DNA of 63,796 bases, the filler included, from an uncultured bacterium (GTDB taxonomy: Bacteria > CAZDME01 > JAYEMH01): assembly GCA_964506785.1 (NCBI GenBank). It is 5 parts of 5 records of this genome, joined end to end, with 100 filler letters (N's around TTAATTAATTAA, not from the genome) between each part and the next. Parts side by side here need not be neighbours in the genome. Positions count along the whole stretch, not along the records: positions 1 to 13,983 come from CAZDME010000037.1; 4 more parts are not named here. One strand, 5' to 3'. Below, piece by piece: positions 1 through 10,236 of this stretch. The notes under the pieces were generated by a model. The model had not been told where the DNA came from. It saw nothing but the letters and a program-made list of their open reading frames with translations, and ran no database searches. How positions within the stretch are numbered: the first letter of the stretch is position 1; each line of letters opens with the position of its first letter. The translations under genes were made by a program, and so were the position numbers.

Positions 1-1046
1 TTGGCTATTCTTTTGGCGGAGAGTTTGAAGAGAGCTTCAGAAAAAAGGGAGTGAGGCTTTTCAAATTTGCCAGAGGCAGGCATAAAATAAAAAGCCTGAC
101 AAGTTTAGGGATTATATTCAGGATAATCATATATATCCTTAAGAACAAAATCGATATTATCCATACCCACACTTTCAACGCCCATATCTGGGGGGCTACG
201 GCGGCAAAGCTTACCCGGAGAAAGATTGTTGAGCATGTCCATGATTCTCGCTATTTAGCCCCGGATGAATTCAAAAAAAGACGGGAATTTAGCCGCCAGT
301 ATAAGCATATTAAATTATTCGGGAGAATATCCGATAAGGTTATTGTTTTAACCGAGCAGAATTATGCGTTCTTAAGAGACAATAATTTATACGATGAAAG
401 CCAGATTAGAAAAATTCATAATGGCATTCCTTTTTCGAACAGAGAAAACCCCCGCAGTAAAACCGATAGAAACCTGCGGGATAAACTGGACATTAAAGAA
501 GATAATTTAATCATTTTGACACCTTCCCGGTTATCGCCAGAAAAAAATGTTGATTTAATTTTCGAACTTGCTCCCCGGGTAAGAGAAAAATATCCGAAGG
601 CCGTTTTTATTATCTCCGGAGACGGACCTTTGTTTGAAGAATTCAGGAAGAAAACTCAGGAGCTTAAACTTGAAGATACCGTAAGGATGATTGGATTCTA
701 CCCTCAGATATTCGACCTTTTAGAGATAACCGATATCTTTTTGCTGCCTTCGCTTTTAGAGCTGCATTCCATTGCTATTTTAGAGGCGCTAAGTATGAAG
801 GTTCCGGTAGTTGTCTCCAAGGATGTCGGCTCTAACGATGAGTTTATTAAAGATTGGCATAACGGGGTTCTCATCAATCCTTTCGGTTCTGATGGCTGGG
901 CTGAGGCTATCATTAAACTTCTCGGGGATAAAGAACTTCGCCGGGCAATCGGCCAAAGAGGATATGAATTATGCCAGAATAATTTCGATATTCAAGATGT
1001 TACCCGAAGAATCGAGAGAGTTTATGTTGAACTTATCGGTAAATAA
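1..1046 (+). CDS. GT4-family (GT-B) glycosyltransferase, 5'-truncated
   Basis: Frame is open from the window start (GYSFGGEFEE...). Motifs IHTHT, RLSPEKN, GDGPL, FLLPS..E..SIAILEA. Confidence 0.9.
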   Translation, partial: GYSFGGEFEESFRKKGVRLFKFARGRHKIKSLTSLGIIFRIIIYILKNKIDIIHTHTFNAHIWGATAAKLTRRKIVEHVHDSRYLAPDEFKKRREFSRQYKHIKLFGRISDKVIVLTEQNYAFLRDNNLYDESQIRKIHNGIPFSNRENPRSKTDRNLRDKLDIKEDNLIILTPSRLSPEKNVDLIFELAPRVREKYPKAVFIISGDGPLFEEFRKKTQELKLEDTVRMIGFYPQIFDLLEITDIFLLPSLLELHSIAILEALSMKVPVVVSKDVGSNDEFIKDWHNGVLINPFGSDGWAEAIIKLLGDKELRRAIGQRGYELCQNNFDIQDVTRRIERVYVELIGK

Positions 1047-2415
1047 AAATAATATTTTACTTACGGTTATTTTCGCCTTTTTATTCGGCTTAAGCTTGTG
1101 TCTCTTCCTGCCTTTAGCTACAAAAAATATATTTTTTATTTTAGCTATTCCTTTAATCGGCGCCTTTTTTCTTTTGATGGTGATTAATCTTAAAGCCATG
1201 CTGGTCGTTCTGCTTTTCATACGGGTTTTGATGGACCCGCTTTTAAACATGACCAAACTGCATATTTTGGGTGAAAATATTGGCGCCGGAGGAGTAATAA
1301 ACCTTCTCATTATTCTTCTGGCGGCGGGCCTGGCAATTTTAAATTTCAGGCGCCTTTCTAAAAGCAGGTTTTTTAGAAACTGGGTGGTTTTTCTGTTTAT
1401 TTGTGCATTTACGATAATCTATGCCCCTTTCCCGGGCAGGGCCCTTAAGTTATTTTTTAATTTGCTTAGCTATATGGCCATGGCCTTGATTCCATTTTTT
1501 ATAGTCGAAAGCCGCAAGGATGAAAGATTCTGGCTTAAGATAATTTTTTTTAGTTCATTCTTGCCGATTGCTTTTGCAAATTTCGATTTACTAACCGGCG
1601 GAAGTTATTATGTATACACAGGGATGCGGATTAAAGGGACTTTTACCCATCCAAACATTTTGGCTTTTTATCTGGTTTTGATAATTGCATTGGTGTTTTA
1701 TATCCTTAAAAGCCGGAGACTTTCAATGACGAATGCCAGAAGAAATTTTCTCCTCGTTTATATGGCTGATTTATTTATTCTTCTTTTAGCAACTAAAACA
1801 CGAAGCGCCTGGATATCTTGCTGGGGAATGTTTTTTATATATGGTCTCTTAAAAGAGAAGAAATACCTTTTTTTATCTCTGGTTGTACCGCTGGCATTAT
1901 TATTGCATCCGGCGGTGATGCAAAGAATAAACAATTTGTTTTTAAAGGCCAGTGAGTTGCCAAAGGATAGATTGAATTCTTTTGCCTGGAGGATGGAATT
2001 GTGGAAAAGTAGCCTGCCTTGGGTTAAAAAACGATTTTTCCTGGGATATGGGCTGGGGTCATTTCGGAGATTATCTTACAACTTTTTTAACTTATCGTAT
2101 TCAGATGTTGCTTCGCATAATATTTACCTTGAGATTTTATTTGAAACCGGCATTATAGGCTTGATAAGTTATCTGGCTATTTATATTGGTGCCTTAAAAA
2201 CTTTTTTCAGACAAATGAAAAGTAAGGCATCGGAAAAATCTCTTGAATATACAATTGTATTTTCCTATGTTATCAGCTATATGATCGTTTGTTTTGCGGA
2301 TAATTTATTATACTATTTAGCCTTCAATTGGTATTTTTGGTTTTTTGCGGGTTTGATGTTAAGAACTATACAGTTAGAGGGGAAGAATGATTTCGGTTAT
2401 CGTGCCATCGTTTAA
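1024..2415 (+). CDS. O-antigen ligase/Wzy-family membrane protein
   Basis: About 12 TM segments; RIKGTFTHPN, TKTRSAW, GYGLGSF, SHNIYL motifs. ATG at 1024 preferred over 811 to avoid a long overlap. Confidence 0.85.
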   Translation: MLNLSVNKNNILLTVIFAFLFGLSLCLFLPLATKNIFFILAIPLIGAFFLLMVINLKAMLVVLLFIRVLMDPLLNMTKLHILGENIGAGGVINLLIILLAAGLAILNFRRLSKSRFFRNWVVFLFICAFTIIYAPFPGRALKLFFNLLSYMAMALIPFFIVESRKDERFWLKIIFFSSFLPIAFANFDLLTGGSYYVYTGMRIKGTFTHPNILAFYLVLIIALVFYILKSRRLSMTNARRNFLLVYMADLFILLLATKTRSAWISCWGMFFIYGLLKEKKYLFLSLVVPLALLLHPAVMQRINNLFLKASELPKDRLNSFAWRMELWKSSLPWVKKRFFLGYGLGSFRRLSYNFFNLSYSDVASHNIYLEILFETGIIGLISYLAIYIGALKTFFRQMKSKASEKSLEYTIVFSYVISYMIVCFADNLLYYLAFNWYFWFFAGLMLRTIQLEGKNDFGYRAIV

Positions 2416-3286
2416 TTCCGCTTTAACCATAGAGACAACGCTTAAAGCCTTAGCCAGACAGACAAAGGCGAGTCTTATAAAAGAGATAATTGTGGTTGAT
2501 TCCTCCACTGATAAGAAAACCAAAATGATACTTTCCCAAAGGAAACCCGATAAGTTGAAAGTTTTAAATGGCGGAATTAAAATTATGCCGGCCCGAAGCC
2601 GGAATATTGGTGCCGCCGAGGCTAAAGGGAAAGTGCTGGCCTTTATCGATGCGGATGCTTATCCGGATGAAATCTGGCTTGAGGAGATTTTCGAGGCCTA
2701 TCAATCTGGTTGCCGGGCAGGGGGAGGCGGTATTGACGTAAATAAGGAGCAGATAAATAACCCAATTGCCCTGGCACAGTTTTACCTTCAGTTCAATGAA
2801 TATATAAATACGGGTGAAAGGCGAATAAAAAGTTTTGTCCCGGCCTGTAACCTTTTTTGTGAGCGGCAACTATTCCAAAAAGCAGGTGGTTTTCCAGAGA
2901 TACGGGCGGCGGAAGACGTTCTTTTTGGATTAGAAATCAATAAAAGGAGCCCACTCTGGTTTTTGCCAGAAGCTAAGGTTTATCATATTTTTCGGGAGAA
3001 GTGGGGGGCATTTATAAGGAATCAAATGCTTCTGGGCAAATATGTGAGTATTTATCGCCAGAAGCACTATGGCCGCTTTATCTATAAAGGAATTATACCT
3101 TTAATTTTCTTTCCTGCTTTTTTACTGGTAAAACTATCCAGGATTTTCGTAAGGATAGGAAAAGCCGGCTGGGTTCATATCTTTCGTTTTATTAAAGTGG
3201 CACCAATATTTCTATCTGGATTGTTTTTCTGGAGTATTGGTTTTATAAATGGATGTACGACTTCAAATGAAAATTTTAAATATTAA
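2387..3286 (+). CDS. GT2-family glycosyltransferase
   Basis: ISVIVPSFN, VVDSS, RNIGA, FIDADA (DxD), ED motif, hydrophobic C-terminus. Confidence 0.9.
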   Translation: MISVIVPSFNSALTIETTLKALARQTKASLIKEIIVVDSSTDKKTKMILSQRKPDKLKVLNGGIKIMPARSRNIGAAEAKGKVLAFIDADAYPDEIWLEEIFEAYQSGCRAGGGGIDVNKEQINNPIALAQFYLQFNEYINTGERRIKSFVPACNLFCERQLFQKAGGFPEIRAAEDVLFGLEINKRSPLWFLPEAKVYHIFREKWGAFIRNQMLLGKYVSIYRQKHYGRFIYKGIIPLIFFPAFLLVKLSRIFVRIGKAGWVHIFRFIKVAPIFLSGLFFWSIGFINGCTTSNENFKY

Positions 3287-3989
3287 TTATGACAATATAA
3301 CGAAGGCGGCAGCTTTAGAGAAAGCTTTCCGATTATTAGATAGCAATCGTAAGGCCAACATCTTTTTCTTAAATGCCGATTGTTTATATAAGGCCCAAAA
3401 AGACAAAGAGTATTGTCGTATTTTAAATTCGGCCGACTTAGTTCTGCCCGATGGAATTGGATTGAAACTAACTACCAGGTTCTTTGGCAGGCAGATGAGA
3501 GAAAATTGTAATGGTTCTGATTTTTCCCCTTTGCTTCTGGCCAGAGCCGCCCAGAAAGGAGATAAGGTGTTTTTTCTTGGCGGCCGGGAAGGGGTAGCTG
3601 AGGAGGCGATGAGATATGTAATGAAAAAAATCCCAGGCATCCAAATTGTCGGGAGCCATCCAGGTTATATTGAAAACCATCAGGCGGTAATCGATAAGAT
3701 AAATAATTCCGGAGCAGATATTTTGTTCGTGGCCATGGGTGTGCCGCTTCAAGAAAAATGGATTGTCCGCCACCGTGAGAAAATAAAACCGAGGCTCTGC
3801 CTGGGGGTGGGAGCCCTATTAGATTTTTTATCCGGCCGAATCAAGAGGGCACCGAGGATTCTACGAATGATTCATCTGGAATGGGCCTGGCGGATACTAA
3901 TGGAGCCAAGGAGACTCTGGAAGAGATATTTAGTTAATGACCTTAAAGTTTTTTGGCTGGTTTTGAAAAGAAAAATTTCCAGCTTGTAA
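3267..3989 (+). CDS. WecB/TagA/CpsF (GT26) glycosyltransferase
   Basis: PDGIG, NGSDF, FFLGG, VAMGVPLQEKW, GVGALLDF, RAP, LEWAWR..EPRRL motifs. Alternative start at 3249. Confidence 0.92.
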   Translation: MKILNINYDNITKAAALEKAFRLLDSNRKANIFFLNADCLYKAQKDKEYCRILNSADLVLPDGIGLKLTTRFFGRQMRENCNGSDFSPLLLARAAQKGDKVFFLGGREGVAEEAMRYVMKKIPGIQIVGSHPGYIENHQAVIDKINNSGADILFVAMGVPLQEKWIVRHREKIKPRLCLGVGALLDFLSGRIKRAPRILRMIHLEWAWRILMEPRRLWKRYLVNDLKVFWLVLKRKISSL

Positions 3990-4016
3990 TGAAATCCTTA
4001 AAAGGAGTAATTTTTC

Positions 4017-4682
4017 ATGGATTTTGAAAAAAGTGGGCGGTGGATAAGCAATTTGGGATTAACCGCTTTAGCCGGTTATGCCTTATTTTTACACCTTTCT
4101 AATCCGGCCGCTTTAGATATCTTCTGTTTCGAAGATGGTTTGATTGAATGGTTGACGGCTTTATTTTATCTGTTGGCGGCAGTTATTTTCATCTATGCTT
4201 CCAGGTGGTGTGGTTTAAAAAACATCTGGTACTGGGGATTTGTTTTCCTTTTTTTAATAGTCGCCGGTGAAGAAATAAGCTGGGGCCAGCGGATATTTAA
4301 TTTTGCCACCCCCAAAATGCTTGGTGATATAAATGTTCAGGCAGAGGCGAGCTTCCATAATATTGAAGGCATCCATGGAAGTATAAGGGCGGTGGGTTTA
4401 ATTTTTATCGCGGTGATTTGTTATTTTATCCCTTTAACTGACAGGTTTGTCGGCTGGCTCGGGAGGTTTTATAGAAAAATCCGACTGCCGATTTATCCTC
4501 TCTGGAGTATCACCTTGCCAACAATCGGTATTTTATTTATGCTTATCCCCAGATTGTTTTTTGGCGAGGTGGTATTTAATTTAGATGAGATAGGAGAAAT
4601 CTATTTGTCAGCGGGATTTTTAGTTTTTTCTCTTTCAGAATATAATTTGACGGTCAAAACCAAAAAAGGATTTAAAAAGTGA
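4017..4682 (+). CDS. Uncharacterised polytopic membrane protein
   Basis: RBS AAGGAG; about 6 TM; EDG..EW and GEEISWGQR motifs. Confidence 0.75.
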   Translation: MDFEKSGRWISNLGLTALAGYALFLHLSNPAALDIFCFEDGLIEWLTALFYLLAAVIFIYASRWCGLKNIWYWGFVFLFLIVAGEEISWGQRIFNFATPKMLGDINVQAEASFHNIEGIHGSIRAVGLIFIAVICYFIPLTDRFVGWLGRFYRKIRLPIYPLWSITLPTIGILFMLIPRLFFGEVVFNLDEIGEIYLSAGFLVFSLSEYNLTVKTKKGFKK

Positions 4683-5746
4683 GTCAAAAAACGAAAAGAG
4701 CGATGGGCTTTTTACTTTATTTTAGCGGCCTCTGGAAACTGGCCAGGAAAAGGAAATTTACCATTCTTTCGTATCACCGGATAAGTGAGAAACATTATGG
4801 CGACCCGTTCTTATGTGTTACACCTCAGAACTTTGAACGGCAGATTCAATACCTGAAAAGACGGTATGCAATTATTTCTTTGACAGAGTTAATCAAACTT
4901 ATGTCTCAGCCGGAACTGACAGACGCGCCATTCCTGGATATCACTTTTGATGACGGATACCGGGATAATTATACTTACGCCTATCCAATTCTGAAAAAAT
5001 ATAGGGTTCCAGCAACTATATTTTTGACTACCGGGTATATCGATACGGATAAATTATTCTGGTGGGACCGGCTTGCCAGAGTTGTTAAGGCAATTAATGG
5101 GAAGAATGGCAAATTAAGATTTAAAGAGGATATTTATCCGATAGAGATGAAAAAGGGCTTAGATTTAATGCTCTCAAGTGATGAACCTAAGCATAAGGAA
5201 GCAATGCCGAGACTTTGTCTTATGTTTAAAGAAATGGAAGAAAAAAAAAGAGAGCGGATACTTGACGATTTAGAAAAACAGATGGGTGAGGCGCTTACTG
5301 ATGGTCGGGAGAGACCCTATCCTTTAAGCTGGAAGGAGATAAAAGAGATGAACGAAGGGGGGATAAGTTTTGGCTCTCATACGGTCAACCACACCATTTT
5401 ATCCAGGGTAGAACTAACCCGGGCCAGAGAGGAAATTGTGCAGTCAAAATTAGAGATAGAGAAAAGAATCGGAAAAAAAGTAGAGCATTTTTCTTATCCA
5501 AACGGGCGCAAAGAGGATTTTAACAGGGAGATGAAAGAGTTACTTAAAGATAATAATTATCTAAGTGCCTGTTCGGCTATTAATGGGGCAACCGGCCGGC
5601 ACGATGATCTATTCTCCTTAAAACGGAGGGATGTTACTAATTCACCTGTTTATATTTTCGCTTTAAAAGTATCGGGTATCTTCGATTGGCTCTGGTTGAA
5701 AACCGAAAAAGGAAAGATTAATCAGTATGAGACGCTTTTTAGTTAA
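4679..5746 (+). CDS. Polysaccharide deacetylase (NodB/CE4)
   Basis: YHRI, ITFDDGYRDNY, ATIFL, GSHTVNH, FSYPNG. Confidence 0.9.
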   Translation: MSQKTKRAMGFLLYFSGLWKLARKRKFTILSYHRISEKHYGDPFLCVTPQNFERQIQYLKRRYAIISLTELIKLMSQPELTDAPFLDITFDDGYRDNYTYAYPILKKYRVPATIFLTTGYIDTDKLFWWDRLARVVKAINGKNGKLRFKEDIYPIEMKKGLDLMLSSDEPKHKEAMPRLCLMFKEMEEKKRERILDDLEKQMGEALTDGRERPYPLSWKEIKEMNEGGISFGSHTVNHTILSRVELTRAREEIVQSKLEIEKRIGKKVEHFSYPNGRKEDFNREMKELLKDNNYLSACSAINGATGRHDDLFSLKRRDVTNSPVYIFALKVSGIFDWLWLKTEKGKINQYETLFS

Positions 5747-6950
5747 TATGATGCTTTTGTTTTTATTTATCGGTCTATTAGCGGTTATAATTTTAATTTT
5801 TATGGCTGAGGCGGAATTTAACCAGGCAAGGTTATTGGAAGATCGGTATCTTTGGAAAAAAGCGGAAACGAAATACCAAAAGGCAGTTGATTTAAATCCA
5901 ATAAACGCTAAATACTTAACCGGCCTGGGTGATTTTTTAAAAAGACAAAGCAATTATTATGAAGATAGACTCTCTTTAATTGAGCGGGCAGAGGCGGCAT
6001 ATAAAGGTGCGGCCAGACTAAATCCCGGCTGGGCAGAATCTTTATATCTGTTAGGCGATGCAGAGTTAACTCACAGCTCATTTATTATAGCTGACAATCA
6101 AGAATCCAAAGGACGACGCTCTAAGTTGCAAGCTCGGGCAATAGCCAATTTTAAAACGGCAATTAAAAATGACCCATACAATTTCAGGATAAATTATTTA
6201 ACGGGCATGAAAATGATTTCACTCTGGGATTTTCTTAGTAGGGAGGAAAGACAGTTTAGCCTGGAAAGGCTCGAATATGCCCTCTGGGAGAAACCCTGGT
6301 ATGGTGATTTTGTTTTTCAGGGAATTATGTATTATACTGGAAATTTTAGTCTGGCAGAGAAGATTACCGAAGATAATTTAGGAGGAACCGAGGCGTTACT
6401 TTCATTTATTCAGAAAAATAATCTCTGGCAACATCGCCGGAAAATAACTAAGAGGCTTTGTGACCTTAGGAGGATGAAAAATCCCAAAGCATTTGAAGAT
6501 GCGAAGAAGGCGCAGTTAAGATATTTAAAGGAATTAAAGAATCGTTGCCTCCGGAAGCAACGTAGTAATGATGATTTGCGCTGGCGGTCGGCCGAGGAGT
6601 GGCAAGGAAGGTATAAAGACGGAGGCGATAGATATGTAAATGGCCGGATGTATAAGGAAGGGACAATGTATCTTCCTATTTATTTGCCTCAAGGGAGGAT
6701 GAAAATTTTTATTGAAGCTAAGGGTTCTCCAGCGAGAGATATTTATCCATATATGGTGGTAGAGCTGGATGGAGAGCTGATTGGTGAGAGGCTGGTTAAT
6801 CAAAAGAGATGGCGGGAGTATGGTTTTGCCGTAGATACCGATGGCGGAATAAAGGTTTTAAGCGTAAGTTTTGTAAATGACGGTGAAAATCCGGAAAAAG
6901 GAGAAGACCGGAATTTATACATTGGAGAAGCAAGAGTAATAAAAGAATAA
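5727..6950 (+). CDS. Membrane-anchored TPR protein with a C-terminal carbohydrate-binding-like beta-sandwich
   Basis: N-terminal TM; TPR-like helices (YQKAVDLNP, YKGAARLNP); C-terminal FVND...EDRNLYI motif resembling CBM60-type Ca-binding modules. Confidence 0.65.
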   Translation: MRRFLVNMMLLFLFIGLLAVIILIFMAEAEFNQARLLEDRYLWKKAETKYQKAVDLNPINAKYLTGLGDFLKRQSNYYEDRLSLIERAEAAYKGAARLNPGWAESLYLLGDAELTHSSFIIADNQESKGRRSKLQARAIANFKTAIKNDPYNFRINYLTGMKMISLWDFLSREERQFSLERLEYALWEKPWYGDFVFQGIMYYTGNFSLAEKITEDNLGGTEALLSFIQKNNLWQHRRKITKRLCDLRRMKNPKAFEDAKKAQLRYLKELKNRCLRKQRSNDDLRWRSAEEWQGRYKDGGDRYVNGRMYKEGTMYLPIYLPQGRMKIFIEAKGSPARDIYPYMVVELDGELIGERLVNQKRWREYGFAVDTDGGIKVLSVSFVNDGENPEKGEDRNLYIGEARVIKE

Positions 6951-6977
6951 GGGTGAGGTTAAGGTTGAGGTTGAGGG
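6951..6977 (+). repeat. Hexamer tandem array (RAGGTT) upstream of the four-helix-bundle gene
   Basis: GGGTGAGGTTAAGGTTGAGGTTGAGGG. Confidence 0.8.
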
Positions 6978-6984
6978 AGTCAGA

Positions 6985-7239
6985 GTGAAGTATAAATCTT
7001 TTGAAGATTTTAGTTTAACTTCACAAATTAGACGTTCTACTTTACCTGTGTCGGGTAATATAGCTGAAGGCTTTGGTCACAAGCATACTAAAGATAAACT
7101 TAATTTTTATTATAATTCCCGAGCTTCATTAGCGGAAACCAAAAGCCATTTGCTATATGGTAGGAAGGTCGGATATTTCCGCGAAAAAGATTTCGACAGT
7201 ATTATGAAGCAAATTAAGGAAAGCTGGAAAGTTATTTAA
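6985..7239 (+). pseudogene. Four-helix-bundle (23S rRNA IVP/Avd-like) gene with an internal in-frame deletion
   Basis: KSFED is joined directly to FSLTSQIRRS, followed by NIAEGFG and SRASLAETKSHL. The first helix (L.VWQKA...FP..E) usual in this family is missing. Confidence 0.7.
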
Positions 7240-7260
7240 TATCTTCCTTAAAAAATAGTT

Positions 7261-7287
7261 CTTAACCTATACCTAAACCTTAATCTT
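7261..7287 (-). repeat. Inverted hexamer array downstream of the four-helix-bundle gene
   Basis: CTTAACCTATACCTAAACCTTAATCTT; reverse complement AAGATTAAGGTTTAGGTATAGGTTAAG resembles the upstream array. Confidence 0.7.
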
Positions 7288-7301
7288 AGATAAAAATATC
7301 T

Positions 7302-8711
7302 ATGGTGAGTAAATATTATAAACAAATACTGTGGTTCGGTTTGGCCGGGGTGATGATTTTTGCACCTTTAGCTAGAGGGGCAGTGAGAATCTGGTCGATT
7401 ACGCCGATTGAGGCGGTGATGGCGATATTGGTTTTTTTGTGGCTCTGGCGGGTTAATAATGCGACAGTTCATGGTTCATTGCTCATAGCTGATAGCAATA
7501 AGGATAATAATTTGACTCTAGAAAAAGAAAAAAGAAAAAACAAGAGAAAGTTAGTTAAAACGCCAATTGATTTGCCGATTTGGCTGTTTGTCGGAGTGGC
7601 TGGTTTTTCCTGTATTTTCAGTATTTATAAAGAAGCAAGTTTATTTGAGATGCTGCGGCTGTTTTCCGTCGTTGGATGTTTTTATTTGGTAGTCAACAAT
7701 TTTGGCCGCCAGTTAAGTTTTCGCCTGTCCAGTTTAATAGTCATTATGGCCTCAGGAATGGCTCTTTTAGGCCTGGGACAGTATTTTGCCGGGCTTAAAC
7801 ATGGCTGGTGGATTCCCGACAATTTTTTAGCCGCCAGCTATGTTAACCATAATCATTTTGCCGCTTATCTGGAGTTAGCGATTCCCATAGCCTTAGGAAT
7901 GCTTTTAGCCCTCTTTCCAAATGTTGCAGGGCCAACGCGGCAGGATTTATATCTTGTTAACTATAAGGATAGAATATGGGTGAAGCTGGGGTTACTGGTT
8001 GGGGTAGGACTGATGTTGGCGGGATTGCTCTTTTCTCAATCAAGGGGAGCCTGGGTTTCATTAGGGATAGCACTTATAGTAATGAATATTGTCTTAATTA
8101 GAAAAGGGATACTAAAAATTAAAAGTTTAGCTATTTTCTTTTTAATCATTTTGTTGGGACTAGTTTACATATACGCCGGTTATGACCAGACAGCGAAACG
8201 GCTACAAAGTGTTGAAGGAGTGCAGAAAGAACTTTCCTATGAAGGGCGAAAAAAAATATGGCAGGGAAGTGTAGAAATGATTAAAGATAATCCTTTACAT
8301 GGCACCGGAATTGGAACTTTCGTCTGGGGATTTCCTGCTTACCGGCCCAAAGGGTTAGAAGTCCAAGCGCATTATGCCCACAATGATTACTTGCATATGA
8401 TGGCGGAGACAGGGGTTTTTTCTTTGCCACTTATGGTCTGGATGATTTGGGTGGTAGTCGGGAAAGGATTTAATATGACTTATGGCCCATGGTTCATTGT
8501 TCGTGGTAAAGAAGAAAAAAATAAGGGAAGAGAAAAAAAAGGTAATTTTAGTTTGATGGACGGTATCGTCTTGGGCAGCGCCGTGGGAATTCTTAGTTTA
8601 TCTTTACATGGATTGGTTGATTTTAATTTTCATATCCCGGCTAATATGCTGGCGATTGCCGCTTTAGCCGGAATAATTATGCGAAAAAGAGGAGGATGCA
8701 AAAATGCTTAA
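7302..8711 (+). CDS. O-antigen ligase family / possible O-oligosaccharyltransferase
   Basis: YVNHNHFAAYLE, SQSRGAW, GTGIGTF, AHNDYL, LHGLVDFNFHIPAN; multi-TM. Confidence 0.85.
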   Translation: MVSKYYKQILWFGLAGVMIFAPLARGAVRIWSITPIEAVMAILVFLWLWRVNNATVHGSLLIADSNKDNNLTLEKEKRKNKRKLVKTPIDLPIWLFVGVAGFSCIFSIYKEASLFEMLRLFSVVGCFYLVVNNFGRQLSFRLSSLIVIMASGMALLGLGQYFAGLKHGWWIPDNFLAASYVNHNHFAAYLELAIPIALGMLLALFPNVAGPTRQDLYLVNYKDRIWVKLGLLVGVGLMLAGLLFSQSRGAWVSLGIALIVMNIVLIRKGILKIKSLAIFFLIILLGLVYIYAGYDQTAKRLQSVEGVQKELSYEGRKKIWQGSVEMIKDNPLHGTGIGTFVWGFPAYRPKGLEVQAHYAHNDYLHMMAETGVFSLPLMVWMIWVVVGKGFNMTYGPWFIVRGKEEKNKGREKKGNFSLMDGIVLGSAVGILSLSLHGLVDFNFHIPANMLAIAALAGIIMRKRGGCKNA

Positions 8712-10152
8712 AGAACAACAAAGTTTAGTTAAATGGGTAACAATGACTTTGGATGCCCTGGTGGTGGTAGTAGCTTTTTTCGCCGCCTATTTTCTAAGGG
8801 TTCATTTTCACACTTTTTATAAACTTGACCTATTTCCTTCGGAACATATCATCGGAGGAATGGCAAACTTCCAAATTTATCTACTGGCCCTCTTTTTATG
8901 GGTGCCACTGTGGGTTTTGATGCTTTCTCTGAATGGATTGTATCGTCCATTTCGTACCCGTTTTTTTCTGGAGATGGCCTGGGGGATTATTAGAGCAGCC
9001 TTTTTTACTACCATTGCCTTTGCCAGCATCGCTTTTATCTTGAAGATGCAATTTGTCAGCCGGTTTTTCTTTATTATCCTTGTTGGTTTAACCTCTCTTT
9101 TACTAATCTCCGAGAAATGGGTGACTTTTTCGGTGATGCATTATTTCCGGATGAAAGGCTACAATTTCCGCCGGCTTTTACTGGTTGGCAGCGAAGGGCG
9201 GATGGAGAAATTTATTAAAACCATCGAAGCTCATCCTGAATGGGGACTGCGAATCAGCGGATTGGTAAATGATAAGCTGGATAGTGTCGGCAAGGAACTT
9301 TTTGGGATCAAAGTTATGGGAGTGTTAAAGGATATCCCCCGGATATTGCGGGAAAATGTTATTGATGAGGTTATCTTTATCGTACCATTGATGTGGCTGC
9401 CGCGGATACAGGCCTGTATTACTTACTGTGAAACTCAAGGGGTGAAGGCTTCTCTTGCCGCTGATTTGTTTAATTTAAGAATCGCCCGGGCACGCCAGAC
9501 TGATTTAAATGGATTCCCTCTTATAAGCTTTGAGACGATTTTCGGCCGGGAATGGCAGTTGTTGGTTAAGCGACTGGTGGATTTAACTTTTTCTACTCTG
9601 GGGATAATCATTTTTTCTCCATTTTTCGTGATGATTTCAACCGCTATTAAGTTGACATCTCCTGGCCCGGTATTTTTCAAGCAGAAGCGTATGGGGATGA
9701 ACGGCCGCATTTTTACCCTTTTTAAATTCCGGACGATGTATAAAGACGCCGAAGAAAAATTAGTTGAATTAAAGCACTTGAATGAGATGGATGGGCCGGT
9801 ATTTAAAATAAAAAATGACCCGCGGATGACCCCCGTAGGCAAGTTTTTGCGGACGACCAGCATTGATGAGTTGCCTCAACTGTTCAATATTTTGAGGGGA
9901 CATATGAGCCTGGTTGGGCCCCGGCCGCCAATACCCGGAGAAGTAAATCAATATGAGAACTGGCAGAAAAGACGGCTGAGTATGCGTCCCGGGCTTACCT
10001 GTTTTTGGCAGATTAACGGCCGAAATAAGTTGAATTTTAAAAAGTGGATAGAGATGGATTTAAAATATATTGATAACTGGTCTCTTCGGCTGGACTTTAA
10101 AATTCTAATGAAAACTATCCCGGTGGTCCTTTTTGGCGCTGGTGCCAGTTAA
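8704..10152 (+). CDS. Polyprenyl-phosphate glycosylphosphotransferase (WcaJ/WbaP-like priming transferase)
   Basis: N-terminal TMs, CoA-binding-like domain, KRLVD, FKFRTM, DPR.T..G.FLR..SIDELPQ, SLVGPRP. Confidence 0.93.
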   Translation: MLKEQQSLVKWVTMTLDALVVVVAFFAAYFLRVHFHTFYKLDLFPSEHIIGGMANFQIYLLALFLWVPLWVLMLSLNGLYRPFRTRFFLEMAWGIIRAAFFTTIAFASIAFILKMQFVSRFFFIILVGLTSLLLISEKWVTFSVMHYFRMKGYNFRRLLLVGSEGRMEKFIKTIEAHPEWGLRISGLVNDKLDSVGKELFGIKVMGVLKDIPRILRENVIDEVIFIVPLMWLPRIQACITYCETQGVKASLAADLFNLRIARARQTDLNGFPLISFETIFGREWQLLVKRLVDLTFSTLGIIIFSPFFVMISTAIKLTSPGPVFFKQKRMGMNGRIFTLFKFRTMYKDAEEKLVELKHLNEMDGPVFKIKNDPRMTPVGKFLRTTSIDELPQLFNILRGHMSLVGPRPPIPGEVNQYENWQKRRLSMRPGLTCFWQINGRNKLNFKKWIEMDLKYIDNWSLRLDFKILMKTIPVVLFGAGAS

Positions 10153-10236
10153 TTTTCGATAGCTAAATTTTTCCATTTAAGGTAGAATAAATCTGTTCTT
10201 TAATCATAAGTAATTAGATTCAGGGGGGGGAGAAAG

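Noticed and set aside
811-1023. N-terminal extension of the ligase/Wzy ORF
   Set aside because: It overlaps the GT4 gene by more than 200 nt; ATG 1024 gives a normal short overlap.
6985-7239. Diversity-generating retroelement (Avd-like gene)
   Set aside because: No reverse transcriptase or TR/VR pair is visible in the window.
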